A stretch of DNA of 58,880 bases from an uncultured Rickettsiales bacterium (GTDB taxonomy: Bacteria; Myxococcota_A; UBA796; UBA9615; CAYRNR01), in the NCBI GenBank assembly GCA_964584075.1, contig CAZOYV010000005.1, positions 5,060 to 63,939 on the forward strand, written 5' to 3'. The position numbers and the translations under genes were made by a program. This document shows, piece after piece, positions 1 through 12,647 of the stretch. The first letter of the stretch is position 1, and the number at the start of each line of letters is the position of its first letter. A model generated the notes under the pieces. The model saw only the letters and a list, made by a program, of their open reading frames with translations. It was not told where the DNA came from and made no database searches.

Positions 1-310
1 ACAGCGCGCGATCCAGGTCCTTGCGCCGCCAGCCCCAGCCGCGCCAGCGCCGCTCGAGGCCCCGATCCCCGCGCAGGATCACCCGGGAGCGGGTCGCCGC
101 GTACGCCGCCATCGCGGGGTGGTGCGAGCGGGGCACCACCTCGCAGTGCTCGACCGCGGCGTGGAGCTCGGGATCCAGCGCCGCCCCGGGGCCCGGGTCC
201 AGCGCCCACACCCGCGGCGCCCCGATCAGCTCCGCGACCGCACCGATCTCGTCGTAGACGAACGTCTCCGAGTAGGTCGGGAAGTAGCGCAGCAGGTAGG
301 CCAGCTTCAC
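1..310 (-). CDS. GT4-family glycosyltransferase (WcaL-like N-terminus), runs off the window edge
   Basis: Read manually: GTG at 310 overlaps the upstream stop (GTGA) and gives VKLAYLLRYFPTYSETFVYDEI, the typical 'AYL..FP..SETF...EI' start of WcaL-like GT4 enzymes. Confidence 0.75.
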   Translation of the reverse strand, partial: MKLAYLLRYFPTYSETFVYDEIGAVAELIGAPRVWALDPGPGAALDPELHAAVEHCEVVPRSHHPAMAAYAATRSRVILRGDRGLERRWRGWGWRRKDLDRAL

Positions 311-1395
311 GTCGCCTCCAGCATCGCCAGCACGCGCGCGCCGCGCGCCGCCCAGGTCCGCTCCGCGCTGCCCTCCAGGGCCCGGCGGGCCAGCCGCGCC
401 GCCCGCGCGCGGTCGTCCGCCAGCGCCGCCACGGCCTCGGCGACCGCGCCGGCGTCCCCCGGCGGCACCAGCAGCGCGGTGCGGTCCGGGTCCACCAGCG
501 CCCGCACCGAGGGCAGATCGCTGGCCACCAGGGGCACGCCGGTGGCCGCCGCCTGGGCCACCTTCAGCGGGCTGGCGAACTCGCGGGTGTTGAGGTCGTC
601 GCGGTACAGCGCCAGCTGGCACAGCGCACCGTCCAGGCGGCGGTCCGCCTCGGCGGGCGACAGCGCCCCGGCCCCGCCGGAGCCGGGACCCACGGCGTGG
701 AGGGTCAGCCCGGGCGGAAGCCTCCGCGCCAGCGCGTCGAGCACGTCGCGGTCCGCCGAGGGCCTGGCCAGGCCTGCCGAGACCACGCCCGTGGCCTGGT
801 CCAGCTCCGCCAGCCGGCGCTCGGCGACCCCCTCCCCGGCCGGCTGGCAGGCGTTGGGGGCCACCAGCCGCGGCCCCCGGACGCCGAACCGCTCGCGCAC
901 CCGGGCGGCCAGCCCCGCGGAGACGAACACGTGGGCGTCGGCCAGGGCCGCGCCGTCGCGCTCGCCCTCGTCGCGCTCGCCGAGCAGCGAGGGCAGCGCG
1001 TGCCACTCCAGCGCCAGCCGCAGATCGCGGCCGGTCAGGCGCCGCAGGCGGTGCAGCTGGCGCAGCACGGCCAGGTCGCGGGTCAGCACGGCGATCCCCG
1101 GTTCGCGGGTCAGGCGCAGCAGCAGCGCCCGCCTGCGGAGGCCCCGGGCGCCGGGGTGGCGTCCGTGGGCGAGGTGCAGCGTCAGGCCCGGCCCCAGCGC
1201 GTGGCCCAGGTGCGCCTCGATGTGGCCCCGCGACGGCGGCGCCGCGGCCGGGGCGTCCATCACCAGCGCCACCTCGGCGCCGGCCGCGGCCAGCCCCGCC
1301 GCGGCCCGCAGCACCTGGATCGGCTGGGGCCGCGGGGCCAGCGGATCGTGGCGCGAGACCACCACCACCCGCCGCACGCGCCACGCCCGGGTCAC
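307..1395 (-). CDS. GT4-family glycosyltransferase
   Basis: C-terminal half of ORF 307..2313; GTGA-coupled start at 1395; motifs FASPLKVAQAAATGVPLVASDLPS and LVPPGDAGAVAEAV. Confidence 0.8.
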   Translation of the reverse strand: MTRAWRVRRVVVVSRHDPLAPRPQPIQVLRAAAGLAAAGAEVALVMDAPAAAPPSRGHIEAHLGHALGPGLTLHLAHGRHPGARGLRRRALLLRLTREPGIAVLTRDLAVLRQLHRLRRLTGRDLRLALEWHALPSLLGERDEGERDGAALADAHVFVSAGLAARVRERFGVRGPRLVAPNACQPAGEGVAERRLAELDQATGVVSAGLARPSADRDVLDALARRLPPGLTLHAVGPGSGGAGALSPAEADRRLDGALCQLALYRDDLNTREFASPLKVAQAAATGVPLVASDLPSVRALVDPDRTALLVPPGDAGAVAEAVAALADDRARAARLARRALEGSAERTWAARGARVLAMLEAT

Positions 1396-2519
1396 GGCCC
1401 GGCCTCCAGCACCCGCTCGGCGTAGGCCCCGGGCAGGAACCCGCGCTCGACCCGGGCCCGGCCGGCGGCGCCGAGCCGCGCCGCGCGGTCCGGATCGCCC
1501 AGCAGCGCCAGGCACGCCCGGGCGATGTCGCCGGGGTCGGTGCCGTCCACCAGCAGCCCGGTCTCGCCGTCGAGGACCGCCTCCCCCACGCCGCCGGTCC
1601 GCCCCCCGACCACCGGCAGCCCGCGGGCACCGGCCTCGAGGAACACCAGCCCGAACCCCTCGCTGTCGCCGCCGGCCTCCTCGCGGCAGGGCAGCACGAA
1701 CAGGTCCGCGGCGCGGTAGGCCGCCTCCAGCGCGTCCGGCGCCAGGAACCCCCGCAGCGTCACCTGCGCGGACAGCCCCAGGCGGCGGACCCGATCCCGG
1801 AGCTCCGAGCGCCGCGGGCCGTCGCCGACGATCCACAGCCGGGTGCCCGGCACGGCCGCGAGGATCGCCGGGAACGCCTCGAGCAACCGGTCGTGCCCCT
1901 TGCGCGGGACCAGCCGGCCGACCGAGAGCAGCAGCGGGCCCTCGCCGCGCGCCGGGGGCCCGGTGCGGGCGCCGCCGGGGGCGGGGTCGGCGGGTGGCAG
2001 GATCCCCGGCAGCGCCACATGGACCCGCTCCGGCGGGAGCCCCCGGTCCACCAGGATATCGGCCATCCAGCGGGTCAGCGCGACGACGCGGTCCGCCTCG
2101 CGCACGGCGCGGGGCAGCCCCTCGCGGGCGGTGACGTCCCGCCCGTAGACCAGCACGTGGACCGGCATCCCCAGCCGCCGCGCGAGCCGCGCCGGCGCGC
2201 CGGCGAGCTGCCACGCGGCGGCGTACAGGACCGCCGGTCGAAACCTCGAGTAGATCTCGAAGATGAAGGGGATGACATTCCGTGATGGATGACGAATCCA
2301 GGAATGACCCCACATCCGACGGACCGGGTACGGGCGGGTCCGGTCCCAGTCGCGGACGTCCCTTCCGGTCCCCCGCGCGTAGACCACCACCGGCTGCCGG
2401 CGGTCGTGCAGCCCCGTGGCCAGCACGTCCACCAGGGTGGCGATCCCGCCGTCCTGCCGGGGGGGCAGGTCGAGGGTCAGCAGCACCCGGTGGGGTCCGC
2501 GGCGGGGCGCCCCCCTCAC
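1392..2519 (-). CDS. GT4-family glycosyltransferase (PimB-like)
   Basis: LLTLDLPP..GGIAT, LSVGRLVPRKGHD, EGFGLVFLEAGARGLPVVGG motifs; GTGA-coupled start at 2519. Confidence 0.9.
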   Translation of the reverse strand: MRGAPRRGPHRVLLTLDLPPRQDGGIATLVDVLATGLHDRRQPVVVYARGTGRDVRDWDRTRPYPVRRMWGHSWIRHPSRNVIPFIFEIYSRFRPAVLYAAAWQLAGAPARLARRLGMPVHVLVYGRDVTAREGLPRAVREADRVVALTRWMADILVDRGLPPERVHVALPGILPPADPAPGGARTGPPARGEGPLLLSVGRLVPRKGHDRLLEAFPAILAAVPGTRLWIVGDGPRRSELRDRVRRLGLSAQVTLRGFLAPDALEAAYRAADLFVLPCREEAGGDSEGFGLVFLEAGARGLPVVGGRTGGVGEAVLDGETGLLVDGTDPGDIARACLALLGDPDRAARLGAAGRARVERGFLPGAYAERVLEAGP

Positions 2520-3538
2520 CCGCTCCTCCGCTCGAGCAGCTCGCGGGCCGCGGCCAGCACCGCTCCCGGCTCCAGCCCGCGGAGGCACTCGTGGTGCTCC
2601 AGCGGGCAGCGCTCGGCGCCGTACAGCGAGCAGGGGTGGCAGGGCAGCGCCGGGACCAGCGCCCGCCCGCGGGTCGACCACGGCCAGTAGCCGGTGTCCG
2701 CCGCGGTGGGCCCGAACAGCCCCACCGGGCGGGCCCCCGCCGCGGCCGCGAGGTGCAGCAGCCCGGTGTCTCCGCCGACCGCCACCGGGCAGCCGGCCAG
2801 GGCCTGCACCACGGCGGTCAGCTCCAGCTCCTCGCAGCGCGCGGCCGCGCCACCGGAGGCGGCCAGCACCGCCTCCGCGATGCCTTCCTCGCCGGGTCCG
2901 TGGAACACCCGCGAGGGGCCCCCCAGCTCGTCCCGCCACAGGCGGGCCAGCGCCCCGAACCGCTCCGGCGGCCAGCGCTTGGTCGCCGTGCGGGCCCCGG
3001 GGAGCAGCGCCAGCACGGGCGGCTCGCCGCGCCCGGGCCGCCCGTTGGCCAGCGGCCAGCGCGGCAGCTCGGGCTCGTCCGGTCCGGCCCCCACCGTGGC
3101 CAGGTAGCGGCCGGGGAAGCTGGGCAGCGCGCTGGTCGCCCCCAGCCGCGCGCGGCCGCCGCCGAGGCGGACCCCGACGCGCAGCCGACGCCGCAGCGAG
3201 CCCTTGACCACCCGCCGCATCGCGCCCCCCAGCGCGGCCGCCAGCAGCCGGCTGCGCAGGCTGCCGTGGAGGTCCACCACCGGTCCGTGGCCCGCGCGGC
3301 GGATCTGGCCGGCCAGCGCGAGCACCTCGCGGGCCCCCTCCCCGCCCCCGAGCCCGCGCAGCGACCACACCCGGCGGACCCACGGGAGCGACTCGAGCAG
3401 GCCGCGGTAGGCGTCGCTGGTGACCACGTCCACCGGCCCGCCCCGGCGAGCCAGCGAGGCCAGCGCGGGCGTGATCAGGACGAGATCGCCGAGCCGCCCG
3501 AAGCGGATCACCAGCGGCGGGGGAAGCTCAGCGGCCAT
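2516..3538 (-). CDS. GT9 LPS heptosyltransferase family protein
   Basis: IRFGRLGDLVL, KRWP, GGDTGLLHLAAA, LFGPT, C-terminal CxPC..CP..HHEC cluster. Confidence 0.9.
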   Translation of the reverse strand: MAAELPPPLVIRFGRLGDLVLITPALASLARRGGPVDVVTSDAYRGLLESLPWVRRVWSLRGLGGGEGAREVLALAGQIRRAGHGPVVDLHGSLRSRLLAAALGGAMRRVVKGSLRRRLRVGVRLGGGRARLGATSALPSFPGRYLATVGAGPDEPELPRWPLANGRPGRGEPPVLALLPGARTATKRWPPERFGALARLWRDELGGPSRVFHGPGEEGIAEAVLAASGGAAARCEELELTAVVQALAGCPVAVGGDTGLLHLAAAAGARPVGLFGPTAADTGYWPWSTRGRALVPALPCHPCSLYGAERCPLEHHECLRGLEPGAVLAAARELLERRSG

Positions 3539-4607
3539 CGGCGAGCGCCTCCGTCACGGCGGCGAGCACCTCCTCGGCAGGGATCGAGACCATGCACTCG
3601 TGCCCGGTCGGGCAGCGCCGATCGTAGCAGCCGGCGCAGGGAAGATCGCCGCGGTGCAGCACGCGGTGGTGCTCGCCCAGCGGGCCGTGCAGCCCGGGCA
3701 GGCTGGAGCCGAACAGCGCCACCACGCGGCCCCCGCCGGCGGCCCAGACGTGCATCGGGCCGGTGTCCACCGAGACCAGCAGCGGCAGCGCGCGGGCCAG
3801 CGCCGCCAGCGGCAGCAGCGGGACCGCGCTGCGCCCGGCCAGCACGCTCAGCGCGCCCGCCCCCCGTGTCGCGCGCACCGGCTCCGCCAGGCGCCGCGCG
3901 CGCCGGCCGTCGCGCGGCCCCCCCACGATCGCGGGGTGCAGCCCCCGCTCGATCAGCAGCCCGAGGAGCCGCGTCCAGTGGAGCGGCGGCCAGCGCTTGG
4001 TCGCGCCACCCTCGCTGAACGGCGCGATCGCGACCACCTCCGCGGCGGGGCGCGGCAGGTCCGCGAGCACGCGCCGGGCCACCGCCTGGTGCTCCCCGTC
4101 GGGCTCCAGCCGGGGGACCGGATCGCGGGCGCGGGCGCCCAGCGCGGCGGCGAGGTCGAGGTACTCGCGCACCTGGTGCGCGGCGGGGCGTCCCCGCCGG
4201 CGCCCGACCACGTCGGTCAGCAGCGGCCCGCGCATGTCGCCGGTGAACCCGATCCGCCGCGGGACGCCGGCGCGCCACACCTGGTAGGCGCTGCGGAACG
4301 AGGGGCTCAGCAGCAGCGCGAGGTCGTGGGCGCCGCGCCGCAGCGACCGCACGGCGTCCCGATCGCCGTCCCGCCGCGCGGGCAGCTCGACCCGCTCCGC
4401 GACCGCCGGGTGCCGCTCGAACACGGCCAGCGCCGGCCGGCGCGTCGCGACGGTGATCCGCGCACCGGGCCACCGGCTGCGCAGCGCCGCCAGCGCGGGC
4501 AGCGACAGCGCGGCGTCCCCGATCCAGTTGGGGGCGCGGAACAGCAGGCGGGCGTCGGGGGCGATGGACTCGGGGAGGGGCGCGGGCACCGGCGGGGGTC
4601 GGCTCAC
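3528..4607 (-). CDS. waaF: LPS heptosyltransferase II
   Basis: RAPNWIGDA, SFRSA, KRWP, DTGPMH, C-terminal CAGC..CPTGHECM. Confidence 0.85.
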   Translation of the reverse strand: MSRPPPVPAPLPESIAPDARLLFRAPNWIGDAALSLPALAALRSRWPGARITVATRRPALAVFERHPAVAERVELPARRDGDRDAVRSLRRGAHDLALLLSPSFRSAYQVWRAGVPRRIGFTGDMRGPLLTDVVGRRRGRPAAHQVREYLDLAAALGARARDPVPRLEPDGEHQAVARRVLADLPRPAAEVVAIAPFSEGGATKRWPPLHWTRLLGLLIERGLHPAIVGGPRDGRRARRLAEPVRATRGAGALSVLAGRSAVPLLPLAALARALPLLVSVDTGPMHVWAAGGGRVVALFGSSLPGLHGPLGEHHRVLHRGDLPCAGCYDRRCPTGHECMVSIPAEEVLAAVTEALADGR

Positions 4608-5824
4608 ATGTGGCCGCCGCCGGGCTCGTCGTCGTACAGGTTGGAGCCCCGCTCGAAGCCCGGGATGTCGCCCGAGTCGTGCGAGCCACCCGTCGGCGTC
4701 CCGCCCCGCTTGGCGGCGCTGCGGGCCACGTCCTTCTCGGCCTCCATCAGCCCGACCAGGCGGTCGAAGTTGGACGCGGAGGTGGCGGCCTGGCGGGCGG
4801 TGTCCAGGTCGAGGACGTTGCTCTGGTACAGCTTGATGATGTGCTGGTCGAAGGTCTGCATCCCGTAGCCGTCGCCCTCCTCCTGCAGCTCGCGGATGTT
4901 GGCCTGCTTGTCGGGCTCGCGGATGCAGTCGCGGATCGCGTTGGTCGCCACCAGGATCTCGCAGGCCGCGATGCGCCCCTTGTGGTCGCTGCGGGGCACC
5001 AGCCGCTGGCAGACGATCGCGGCCAGCGCGTCGGCCAGCCGGCCGCGGACCTCGAGCTGCGACTCCGGCGGGAAGAACGCCAGGATCCGGTTGATCGACT
5101 TGGGCGTGTCGGTGGTGTGCAGCGTGGAGAGCACCAGGTGGCCGGTCTCGGCGGCCTTGAGCGCCATCTCCATCGACTCGGCGTCGCGCATCTCGCCGAC
5201 GAGGATCACGTCCGGGTCCTGCCGCAGCGCCCCGCGGAAGGCGGTGACGAAGCTCTGCGTGTCGGTGCCCACCTCGCGCTGCGAGATGGACGCCTGGTGG
5301 TTGCCGTGGAGGTACTCGATGGGGTCCTCGATGGTCAGGATGTGGCAGCGCCGCGAGCGGTTGATGTGGTCGATCATCCCGGCCAGCGTGGTGGACTTCC
5401 CGCTCCCGGCGGCCCCGGTGACGAGGATCAGGCCGCGGTTGACCAGCGCGAGGCTCTGCAGGATCGGCGGGACCTCGAGGTTCTGCAGCGAGGGAACCCT
5501 GTGGGGGATGATGCGGACGATGATCGCGAAGCTGCCACGGGTGCGGAACAGGTTGACGCGGAACCGCCCCAGCTGCGGCACCGAGTAGGCGAAGTCGAAC
5601 TCGCGGACCTGGTCGACCTTGAAGCTGAACCCGCTGCTGGACAGCAGCGCCGAGCCCAGCGCCCGGGTGTCGTCCGGCTTCAGCGGGACCGTGTCGGGCT
5701 TGACCCGCAGCGAGCCGTCGACGCGGTACATCGGCGGCTCGGCGACCTTGAGGTGCACGTCGGAGGCGCCCACGTCGACGCCGTACTGGAGGATCGCGTG
5801 CAGGACCTGTTCGACGCTGGCCAT
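4604..5824 (-). CDS. pilT: Type IV pilus retraction ATPase (PilT/PilU family)
   Basis: ASDVHL, RFRVNLF, Walker A GAAGSGKSTT, TIEDPIE, LRQDPDVILVGEMRD, AETGHLVLSTLHT, GMQTFDQ. Confidence 0.9.
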   Translation of the reverse strand: MASVEQVLHAILQYGVDVGASDVHLKVAEPPMYRVDGSLRVKPDTVPLKPDDTRALGSALLSSSGFSFKVDQVREFDFAYSVPQLGRFRVNLFRTRGSFAIIVRIIPHRVPSLQNLEVPPILQSLALVNRGLILVTGAAGSGKSTTLAGMIDHINRSRRCHILTIEDPIEYLHGNHQASISQREVGTDTQSFVTAFRGALRQDPDVILVGEMRDAESMEMALKAAETGHLVLSTLHTTDTPKSINRILAFFPPESQLEVRGRLADALAAIVCQRLVPRSDHKGRIAACEILVATNAIRDCIREPDKQANIRELQEEGDGYGMQTFDQHIIKLYQSNVLDLDTARQAATSASNFDRLVGLMEAEKDVARSAAKRGGTPTGGSHDSGDIPGFERGSNLYDDEPGGGHM

Positions 5825-5828
5825 CACG

Positions 5829-7358
5829 TCACCTCTTCTTCTTGCGCGCCTTCTTGCGGGCCTGGCGCTGCTTCTTGCGCTGGGCCTTGACCTTCTTCTT
5901 GTCGACCTTGCGCTTGGTCGCCGGCTCCGGCCCCCCGGCGGGCATCCCCGGGAGCCCCATCCCCGGCATCCCGCCCATCCTGCGCATCTGGCGCGCCGCG
6001 GACATGCCCTTCATCCCCGGGATCTTGCCCATCAGCCCGGTGGCCTTGCCCAGCTCGCCCATCACCTGGCGCGCCATCGCGAAGCGCTCCAGCAGCTCCT
6101 TGACCTGCTTGACGCTGCGCCCCGCGCCGCGGGCGATGCGCTCGACGCGGCTGTCGTTGAGGATGTCCGGGTTCTCCCGCTCGGCGCGCGTCATCGAGTT
6201 GATGATCGCCTCGATCCGGACCAGCTCGCGGTCGTCGATCACCGTGCCCTCGGGGACCAGGTCCCCGAAGAACGGCATCTTCTCCATCACCTCCTGCAGC
6301 GGCCCCATCTTCTGGACGGTCTTCAGCTGCTCGAGGAAGTCGTTGAAGTTGAACCGCCCGCGCAGGAGCTTCTTGGCGTCCTCCTCGGCCTTCTCCTCGT
6401 CGACGACCTTCTCGAAGTCCTGCATCAGGCCGACGATGTCGCCCATCCCGAGGATCCGGGTCGCCATCCCCTCGGGGCGGAACTCCTCGAGCCGGTCCAT
6501 CCCCTCGCCGGTCCCGATGAACTTGATCGGCTTGCCGGTGACCTGCTTGATCGACAGCGCCGCACCGCCCCGCGCGTCGCCGTCGAGCTTGGTCAGGATC
6601 ACCCCGTCGACGTCCAGCCGGCGATCGAACTCCACCGCGGTCTTGACCGCGTCCTGCCCGGCCATCGCGTCACAGACGTACAGCACGTGCTCGGGCTTGG
6701 TGCGGAGCTGGATCGCCTCCAGCTCCTCCATCAGCGGCTCGTCGATCGCCAGCCGCCCGGCGGTGTCGATGATCAGCACGTCGCGGCCCACCGCGGCGGC
6801 CTGGTTGAACGCCGTGGAGCACAGGTCGGGCGGCGCCAGCCCCGGCATCGAGAACACCGGGATGTCCAGCTTGCGCCCGAGCACCATCAGCTGGTCGACG
6901 GCGGCCGGGCGGTAGACGTCCGCGGCGACCAGCATCGGCTTCTTGTTCCGGGTGCTCTTGAGCAGCCGGGCCAGCTTGCCGACGGTGGTGGTCTTGCCGG
7001 AGCCCTGCAGCCCGACCATCATGATCACCACGGGGGGCTTGCCGGCCAGGTCCAGCGACGTGTCCACCGGACCCATCAGCTCCTCGAGCTCCCTCTGGCA
7101 GATCCGGATGAAGTGGTCCGCGGGGGTCGCCCGCAGCGTGCCGTCCTTGGCCTTGACGCGGGTCTTGACGACCTCTCCGAGGGCCTTGTCGGTGACCGCC
7201 GCGATGAACTGGTTGACCACGCCGAACTCGACGTCCGCCTCGAGCAGCGAGATGCGGATGTCGCGGATCGCGTCGCGGATGTTCTCCTCGGTGATCTCCG
7301 CCTCGCCGGACAGCTTCTGCTTGGCGCTGCGGAACCCCTTGGTCAGCGTCTCGAGCAT
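5829..7358 (-). CDS. ffh: Signal recognition particle protein Ffh
   Basis: LLEADV, GLQGSGKTTT, DVYRPAA, DTAGR, TKLDGDARGGAALS, Met-rich M domain. Confidence 0.97.
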   Translation of the reverse strand: MLETLTKGFRSAKQKLSGEAEITEENIRDAIRDIRISLLEADVEFGVVNQFIAAVTDKALGEVVKTRVKAKDGTLRATPADHFIRICQRELEELMGPVDTSLDLAGKPPVVIMMVGLQGSGKTTTVGKLARLLKSTRNKKPMLVAADVYRPAAVDQLMVLGRKLDIPVFSMPGLAPPDLCSTAFNQAAAVGRDVLIIDTAGRLAIDEPLMEELEAIQLRTKPEHVLYVCDAMAGQDAVKTAVEFDRRLDVDGVILTKLDGDARGGAALSIKQVTGKPIKFIGTGEGMDRLEEFRPEGMATRILGMGDIVGLMQDFEKVVDEEKAEEDAKKLLRGRFNFNDFLEQLKTVQKMGPLQEVMEKMPFFGDLVPEGTVIDDRELVRIEAIINSMTRAERENPDILNDSRVERIARGAGRSVKQVKELLERFAMARQVMGELGKATGLMGKIPGMKGMSAARQMRRMGGMPGMGLPGMPAGGPEPATKRKVDKKKVKAQRKKQRQARKKARKKKR

Positions 7359-7424
7359 CGGTCCTCTTCTGTCGGTGGGGGCGCGCCCCGCTCGACCGCC
7401 GACGGGCGGCGCGCCGTCGCCCCG

Positions 7425-7453
7425 AAAGTGCCACCGGGGGGGCGACCTGTCAA
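7425..7453 (-). promoter_or_regulatory. Putative sigma70 promoter of ffh
   Basis: Minus strand TTGACA-17 nt-CACTTT, about 67 nt upstream of the ffh start. Confidence 0.5.
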
Positions 7454-7905
7454 TCGTCGTCGGAGCCGCAGGAGCCCTTCAGCACGAGCGTCCCGACGTC
7501 CCGCGTCGCGTTCCAGTAGCCGCTGGCCTCGAGGCTGCTCATCGCCGTGACCTCCCAGCGGAACGAGCCGCGATCCTGGGCCCAGCACGTGTACTGCACG
7601 CCGAGGGTGATGCCGTCGTCGGCCCCGACGACGATCGGCTCCTCCCCGAACTCGAACGGATCGCCCATGTCGTCCCCGGCCGGGACCAGGTCGGCGGCGA
7701 ACGTCTCGGGGGCCAGGAAGTAGACGTAGACCTCGTGGTCGACCAGGCTCGCGAGCGTCAGGTCGAGGGACTCCTCCCCGCCGATGTCGATCACGCCGAA
7801 GTCCAGGACCTCGGGGGCCATCGTGGCGTGGTGGATCGTCTCCTGGCAGCCGACGACCGTCAGCGCCAGCACCGCGATCAGGAGTCCTTCCCGCACCGTG
7901 CTCAT
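7450..7905 (-). CDS. Putative lipoprotein with Ig-like (ASH/choice-of-anchor D-like) domain
   Basis: ATGA-coupled to dut; lipobox VVGC; '[12 protein letters not shown]' beta-sandwich motif. Confidence 0.6.
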   Translation of the reverse strand: MSTVREGLLIAVLALTVVGCQETIHHATMAPEVLDFGVIDIGGEESLDLTLASLVDHEVYVYFLAPETFAADLVPAGDDMGDPFEFGEEPIVVGADDGITLGVQYTCWAQDRGSFRWEVTAMSSLEASGYWNATRDVGTLVLKGSCGSDDD

Positions 7906-8354
7906 CGTCTCCCCGTCGATCCGAAGCCGCCGGCGCCCCGCCCGGTCTCGTCGAGCCGCGCCCGGACCTCCCAGGTCACCTGCCCGACCGGACAGCAGAC
8001 CAGCTGGGCGATGCGGTCCCCGTCCCGGACCACGTACGGCTCCTGGCCCAGGTTGGCCAGCAGCACCCGCACCTCGCCGCGGTAGTCCGAGTCGATCGTA
8101 CCCGGCGCGTTGATCACCGTCACCCCGAACTCGATCGCCAGCCCGCTGCGGGGCCGGACCTGGATCTCCCAGCCCTCCGGGATCGCCACCGCGAGCCCGG
8201 TGGGGACCGCGGCGCGGGCCCCCGGCGCCAGCGTCAGCGGCTCGTCGAGCAGGGCCCGCACGTCCATCCCCGAGGAGCCGCGGGTCATCGCCTCGGGCAG
8301 CACCGCGCCGCTGTCGGGGTCCAGCCGCGCGACGGCGATCGTGACCTCGCTCAT
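7902..8354 (-). CDS. dut: dUTP diphosphatase
   Basis: [44 protein letters not shown] motifs at the end of ORF 7902..12137; ATG at 8354. Confidence 0.96.
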   Translation of the reverse strand: MSEVTIAVARLDPDSGAVLPEAMTRGSSGMDVRALLDEPLTLAPGARAAVPTGLAVAIPEGWEIQVRPRSGLAIEFGVTVINAPGTIDSDYRGEVRVLLANLGQEPYVVRDGDRIAQLVCCPVGQVTWEVRARLDETGRGAGGFGSTGRR

Positions 8355-9907
8355 CCGCCGCTGGCCCCCTCGGCCTGGCTGGCCTCCTCGCCCTCGCCCG
8401 CCGCCGGCTCCTCCGGCTCGGGCGGCTGGGCGGCCTGCTCCAGCGCCTCGTCGTCCATCGACACCGCCAGCGCCGTGCGGGACAGCGTGCGCACCGCGGG
8501 GTCCACGTCGCGCAGCCCGCGGCGCAGGGTCCCGGCCAGGGACTCGTCGGTGGTCGCCAGCGCACCGAGCCACACCGCGCAGTCGGTCCAGCCGTGGGAC
8601 ACGTAGGCCAGGCAGAAGCCCAGATCGGTGGCGCCCAGGTCGCGCAGCGGCGGGGCGGCCTCGGCCGGCCAGTCGAGCCGCGCCCGGGTCTCCTCCAGGC
8701 CGCTGTCCCGCAGGCGATCGCCGAGCAGGCGCAGATCCTCGTCGGAGAGCACCACGCGCCCCTCCTCGCGCTGCGCCCAGGGGGCCGCCCCGCGCTGGTA
8801 CTGCAACGTCAACCGGCAGGTCCCCGAGCGCGGGACCCACGGCGCGGAGCCGTCGGCGTGGGTCGCGGCGAGGCCCTGCTCGAAGCAGTCGCGGAGCTGG
8901 CCCTCGGGGGTCTGCTCGACCTCGCCACCGTCGCCCTCCGCCGCCGCGGAGGACGCCGCCCCGGCCCGGTCGGAGCCGGTGTCCACGACGCGCACCGTCG
9001 GCGCCCCGCGCGCCCCCTGCAGCGTCACCTCCAGCACCGCGCGGGCGCGGTCGCCGGCCACGGCGCCCCAGGTGCCGGCGCAGCCCAGCGGCACGTCGGC
9101 CATCAGCTGGTTGGCGACGCGCCCGAAGTCGGTCCCCGGATCGGGGGGGATCAGCTCGACGAAGCCGCCCTCGACCGGCACCACCGGCGCCCCCGTCGCC
9201 TCCCGCGTGTAGCGCGCCCGCCGCTCGTCGAGCCGCGCGGTGAGGCGCAGCGCCTTGCGCTGGGCCGGCTCGGGGGGGATCACGTCGCCGCCGCCGATGC
9301 GCAGCACGATCTCGTCCAGCTCCGCGACGCGGTCGGTGGCGACCCCGGTGCGCAGCCGCTCGTAGGGCGCCGGGTCGTCCTGGGGGCCGGCGAGGGTGAA
9401 GGACCGCATCCAGCGCGACTGGGTCTCCCCGTCGGCCGCGGCCCACAGCCGCCCGCAGGTCTCCAGCAGCTCCTCCTCGGCGCCGGCGTAGGCCGGCCAG
9501 CAGACGTCGAGGAACGCCGCGGCGCGGGTCCCCTCGTCCAGCTGGTCGTACAGCACGGCCAGCTGGTTGCCCAGGCGGCCGTACTGGCGGGCGGTGTCGA
9601 ACGCCGTGGAGACCCGCTCGGGCTCCTTGTCCAGCACCTCGACCAGCAGGCTGCGGGCGTCGTCGTCGTCGATCAGCACCAGCGCCGTGACCAGGTTCTG
9701 CCGCATCGCGTCGTCGGTGACGGTGGGCTCGACCTCGGCCAGCTTCTGGGCCGCCTCGGGCTGCAGCACCTCGATGCTGGACGGGGTCGGCGGCGAGGAG
9801 AGGAACACCAGCGCCGCCGCCCGCCGCTCCTCGGCCTCGTCCGGCGGGCAGCCCACCAGCAGCGAGGCGATCAGCGTCAGGGCGGCGGCGGTGCGGGGGG
9901 TACGCAA
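8351..9907 (-). CDS. Hypothetical lipoprotein
   Basis: 518-aa ORF with lipobox LLVGC; protein-like composition; fills the pnp-dut gap and overlaps the dut start. Confidence 0.6.
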   Translation of the reverse strand: MRTPRTAAALTLIASLLVGCPPDEAEERRAAALVFLSSPPTPSSIEVLQPEAAQKLAEVEPTVTDDAMRQNLVTALVLIDDDDARSLLVEVLDKEPERVSTAFDTARQYGRLGNQLAVLYDQLDEGTRAAAFLDVCWPAYAGAEEELLETCGRLWAAADGETQSRWMRSFTLAGPQDDPAPYERLRTGVATDRVAELDEIVLRIGGGDVIPPEPAQRKALRLTARLDERRARYTREATGAPVVPVEGGFVELIPPDPGTDFGRVANQLMADVPLGCAGTWGAVAGDRARAVLEVTLQGARGAPTVRVVDTGSDRAGAASSAAAEGDGGEVEQTPEGQLRDCFEQGLAATHADGSAPWVPRSGTCRLTLQYQRGAAPWAQREEGRVVLSDEDLRLLGDRLRDSGLEETRARLDWPAEAAPPLRDLGATDLGFCLAYVSHGWTDCAVWLGALATTDESLAGTLRRGLRDVDPAVRTLSRTALAVSMDDEALEQAAQPPEPEEPAAGEGEEASQAEGASGG

Positions 9908-9931
9908 GGCTCGCGGCCTCCGGTCGGGGGG

Positions 9932-12046
<2,115 letters not shown>

Positions 12047-12099
12047 GGTTCCCTCTTCTCGGGGCCCCGGCGCGTCGCTGTCGATTGGAGAACGCACGC

Positions 12100-12135
12100 G
12101 GGGGCGTTGCTGCAGTCCCCCCGAGCAACGCCCCC
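12100..12135 (-). promoter_or_regulatory. Perfect 12-bp hairpin in the rpsO-pnp spacer (possible RNase III/autoregulatory stem)
   Basis: GGGGGCGTTGCT (12100-12111) is the exact reverse complement of AGCAACGCCCCC (12124-12135); 12-nt loop. Confidence 0.55.
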
Positions 12136-12218
12136 ATGGCGCTGCTCCGTTCGGTCGTCTACCCCTGGGGAACCGCTCGGGTGGGGCGCCTCTCAGCGCC
12201 CCGGACTCCGGAGCACCG

Positions 12219-12485
12219 TCACTTGCGGATGCCGAGCGAGGCGATCAGCGTCTTGTACCGCTCGAGATCCTTCCGCTTCAGGTAGTCCAGCAGCCGGCGG
12301 CGCTGGCTGACGAGCTTGAGCAGCCCACGGCGGGACGTGTGGTCCTGCTGGTGGGTCTGGAGGTGCTCGGTCAGGTACTGGATGCGGTGGGTCAGCAGGG
12401 CGACCTGGACCTCGGGCGAGCCGGTGTCCGAGTCGTGGGTGCGGTACTGCTCGATGAGCTGCTGCTTGTCCTCGGGCGTGAGCAT
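12219..12485 (-). CDS. rpsO: 30S ribosomal protein S15
   Basis: [13 protein letters not shown], [15 protein letters not shown], LGIRK. Confidence 0.98.
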   Translation of the reverse strand: MLTPEDKQQLIEQYRTHDSDTGSPEVQVALLTHRIQYLTEHLQTHQQDHTSRRGLLKLVSQRRRLLDYLKRKDLERYKTLIASLGIRK

Positions 12486-12598
12486 CTCGAACCTCCCGGG
12501 AGACCGATGACGCGCCCTCTTCGCGCGCCTGTCGGGAATCCCAGCGACGGGTTCCGGACACACCGGACCGGCACAACCGCCGGCTCGGCGAGGGGAGC

Positions 12599-12627
12599 AA
12601 CATAGTGGGAAGTCCCCGGGCTGTCAA
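12599..12627 (-). promoter_or_regulatory. Putative sigma70 promoter of rpsO-pnp
   Basis: Minus strand TTGACA-17 nt-TATGTT. Confidence 0.7.
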
Positions 12628-12647
12628 CGGTTCGCGGCGAGCGACGC

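Noticed and set aside
119-2134. Many long Arg/Pro/Ala/Gly-rich ORFs (e.g. 119..2134, 8594..12310, 15092..19087, 26992..29907, 30507..33761)
   Set aside because: Shadow or antisense frames of real genes in very GC-rich DNA; no motifs and low-complexity composition.
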